A stretch of DNA of 64,000 bases from Isurus oxyrinchus (taxonomy: Eukaryota), in the NCBI GenBank assembly GCA_026770705.1, contig JANJGN010000003.1, positions 47,802,001 through 47,866,000 of the forward strand, in the 5' to 3' direction. Below the pieces are notes generated by a model that was not told where the DNA came from, did not search any database, and was given only the letters and a program-made list of their open reading frames with translations. Positions 62,450-64,000 of the stretch are shown in pieces (within the stretch, counting starts at the first letter, position 1; each line of letters starts with the position of its first letter). A program made the position numbers and the translations under genes.

Positions 62450-62757
62450 ATCGTTACCCAGAAGAGGTTTTAATTATTTTAACTTTTTCTAGTTAACTAT
62501 TTCTGTAGCATGGCCAGAACCATCCGAAGTTTGTGATTTAAATCATATTTTAGAGTGGATCCCAGCCCAGGATAATTGTCCAGAGGAATTAGCACTTCTG
62601 GGCAGTTGTGTGCAAACCCCTACCTGTGAAGTTCCGAGAGGGATTCTCCAGCGCATCTTTGGGGTGCCCCCTAATCCTACGCTGGGTAGTTTGGAAGTTA
62701 CGGCCCAATGTAAATAATGTAGAATCAGAGACTTGCGGATGTGGGGGGGAGATGTAG

Positions 62758-63193
62758 TTTTTTTTTTGATTCATTCACAGGATGTGGTCTTCACTGGCTG
62801 GGCCAGCATTTACCGCCCATCCCTAGTTGCCCTTGAGAAGGTGGTGGTGAGCTGCCTTCTTGAACTGCTGCAGTCCATGTGGTGTAGGTACACCCACGGT
62901 GCGGTTACAACAAAGTGTTGGATCACTGAGGCAGGACCCAGCCTGCCTCCACAATCCATCAACCTCCAAACTCTTTTGAAAATCATCCTGCCCCCATTTT
63001 CACTCACCACACGGACCAAAAAAATTTGACCCAGGAACTGTCTCCCTAACAGCACTGTCGGTATACCTGTGCCACATGGACAGCAGCGATTTAAGAAGGC
63101 AGCTCACCACCACCTTCTCAAGGGCAACTAGGGATGGGCAATAAATGCTGGCCCAGCCAACGATGCCCACATCCCGTGAATGAATAAAAAAAA
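62758..63193. repeat. Two HER1 3' tails in inverted orientation around a ~140-bp spacer
   Basis: 62758-62907 (minus) is the reverse-complement homolog of 63047-63193 (plus); poly-T and poly-A outer ends. Confidence 0.85.
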
Positions 63194-63307
63194 CTATTGC
63201 CTCCTCATTCCCACTCTCTAGAGGACCAACACTTATGTTACTTATTCTTTACCTTTCTGAATGCCTGAATGTTTTCTTCTAAAACTCTTGCCATCTGTTT
63301 TTACTAG

Positions 63308-64000
63308 TAGATAATAAGGAAATGGCAGACAAAATGAACAAATATTTTAAGTCGGTCTTCACTATAGAAAATACAGAAAACATCCCAGTAATAGCTGTAA
63401 ATCAGGAGATGGAGGGGAGAGAGGAACTTGGTGAAATGATAACACTGGGGAAGCAGTACAGAGCAAACTAATGGAGCTGCGGGCTGACAAGCCTCTTGGT
63501 CCCGATGGACTTCAACCTAGGATCTTGGTGGCTTATGAGGTAGTAGATGCATTGATGCTAATTTTCCAAAATTCCCTAGATTCTGGAAAAGTTCCATCAG
63601 ACTGGAAAGTAGCAAATATAACCCCTCTATTCGAGGAGGTAGGGAGGCAGAAATCAAGAAACTATAGGCCTGTTAGTTTGATCTCTGTTGTGGGGAAGAT
63701 GTTTGAATCAATCCTTAAGGAGGTTATAGCTGAGCGCTTAGAAAAACTCAAGGTAATCAGGAAGAGTCAGCATGGTTTTGTGAGAAGGAAATCCCTTAAC
63801 CAATTTATTGGAGTTCTTTGAAGGAGCAACATACACTGTGAATAAAGGGGAGCAGGATACTGTACTTGGATTTCCAGAAGGCATTTGACAAAGTGCCGCA
63901 TCAGAGGTTATTGCACAATGGTTATAGGGGGTAACATGTTAGCATGTATAGATGATGGGCTGGCTGATGGATAATAGAGAGTATGCATAAATGGGTCTTT
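63308..64000 (+). mobile_element. CR1 ORF2 fragment (runs off window end)
   Basis: DKPLGPDGLQPRIL..VPSDWKVANITPLF..NYRPVSLISVVGK..QHGF. Confidence 0.9.

Larger units (their letters stand above)
60964..62706. mobile_element. Non-autonomous TIR element with a G-rich interior and nested CR1
   Basis: TIRs GGGCTGTAGCTTC / GAAGTTACGGCCC (11 of 13 match); flanks ATT/AAT. Confidence 0.65.

Noticed and set aside
1-64000. CRISPR array or prokaryotic defence/retron system suggested by RT and nuclease ORFs
   Set aside because: No repeat-spacer array or operon structure; all RTs and nucleases are eukaryotic transposon types.

Overview
Eukaryotic, repeat-saturated non-genic or intronic DNA, most likely from a cartilaginous fish. 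That assignment is an inference from HE1-like and DeuSINE-like SINEs and HER1-like LINE tails. No host protein-coding gene is supportable. The window is a nested mosaic of CR1, HER1-like, L2 and RTE LINE fragments, tRNA-derived SINEs and a decayed Gypsy LTR retrotransposon with a tRNA-Leu PBS. It also holds a Neptune-type Penelope-like element (RT + GIY-YIG) and two PIF/Harbinger families with many MITE derivatives; one Harbinger copy keeps an uninterrupted DDE transposase ORF (34114-35349, minus). The most striking structure is a 234-bp insertion with a 13-bp TSD (57975-58208) inside an HE1-like SINE. It forms a perfect palindrome with 101-bp arms, built from the Penelope 3' terminal repeat, and carries a variant minimal hammerhead-ribozyme motif (CUGUCGA core). 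Most short ORFs in the track are antisense or off-frame readings of these repeats. Boundaries without TSDs are approximate.
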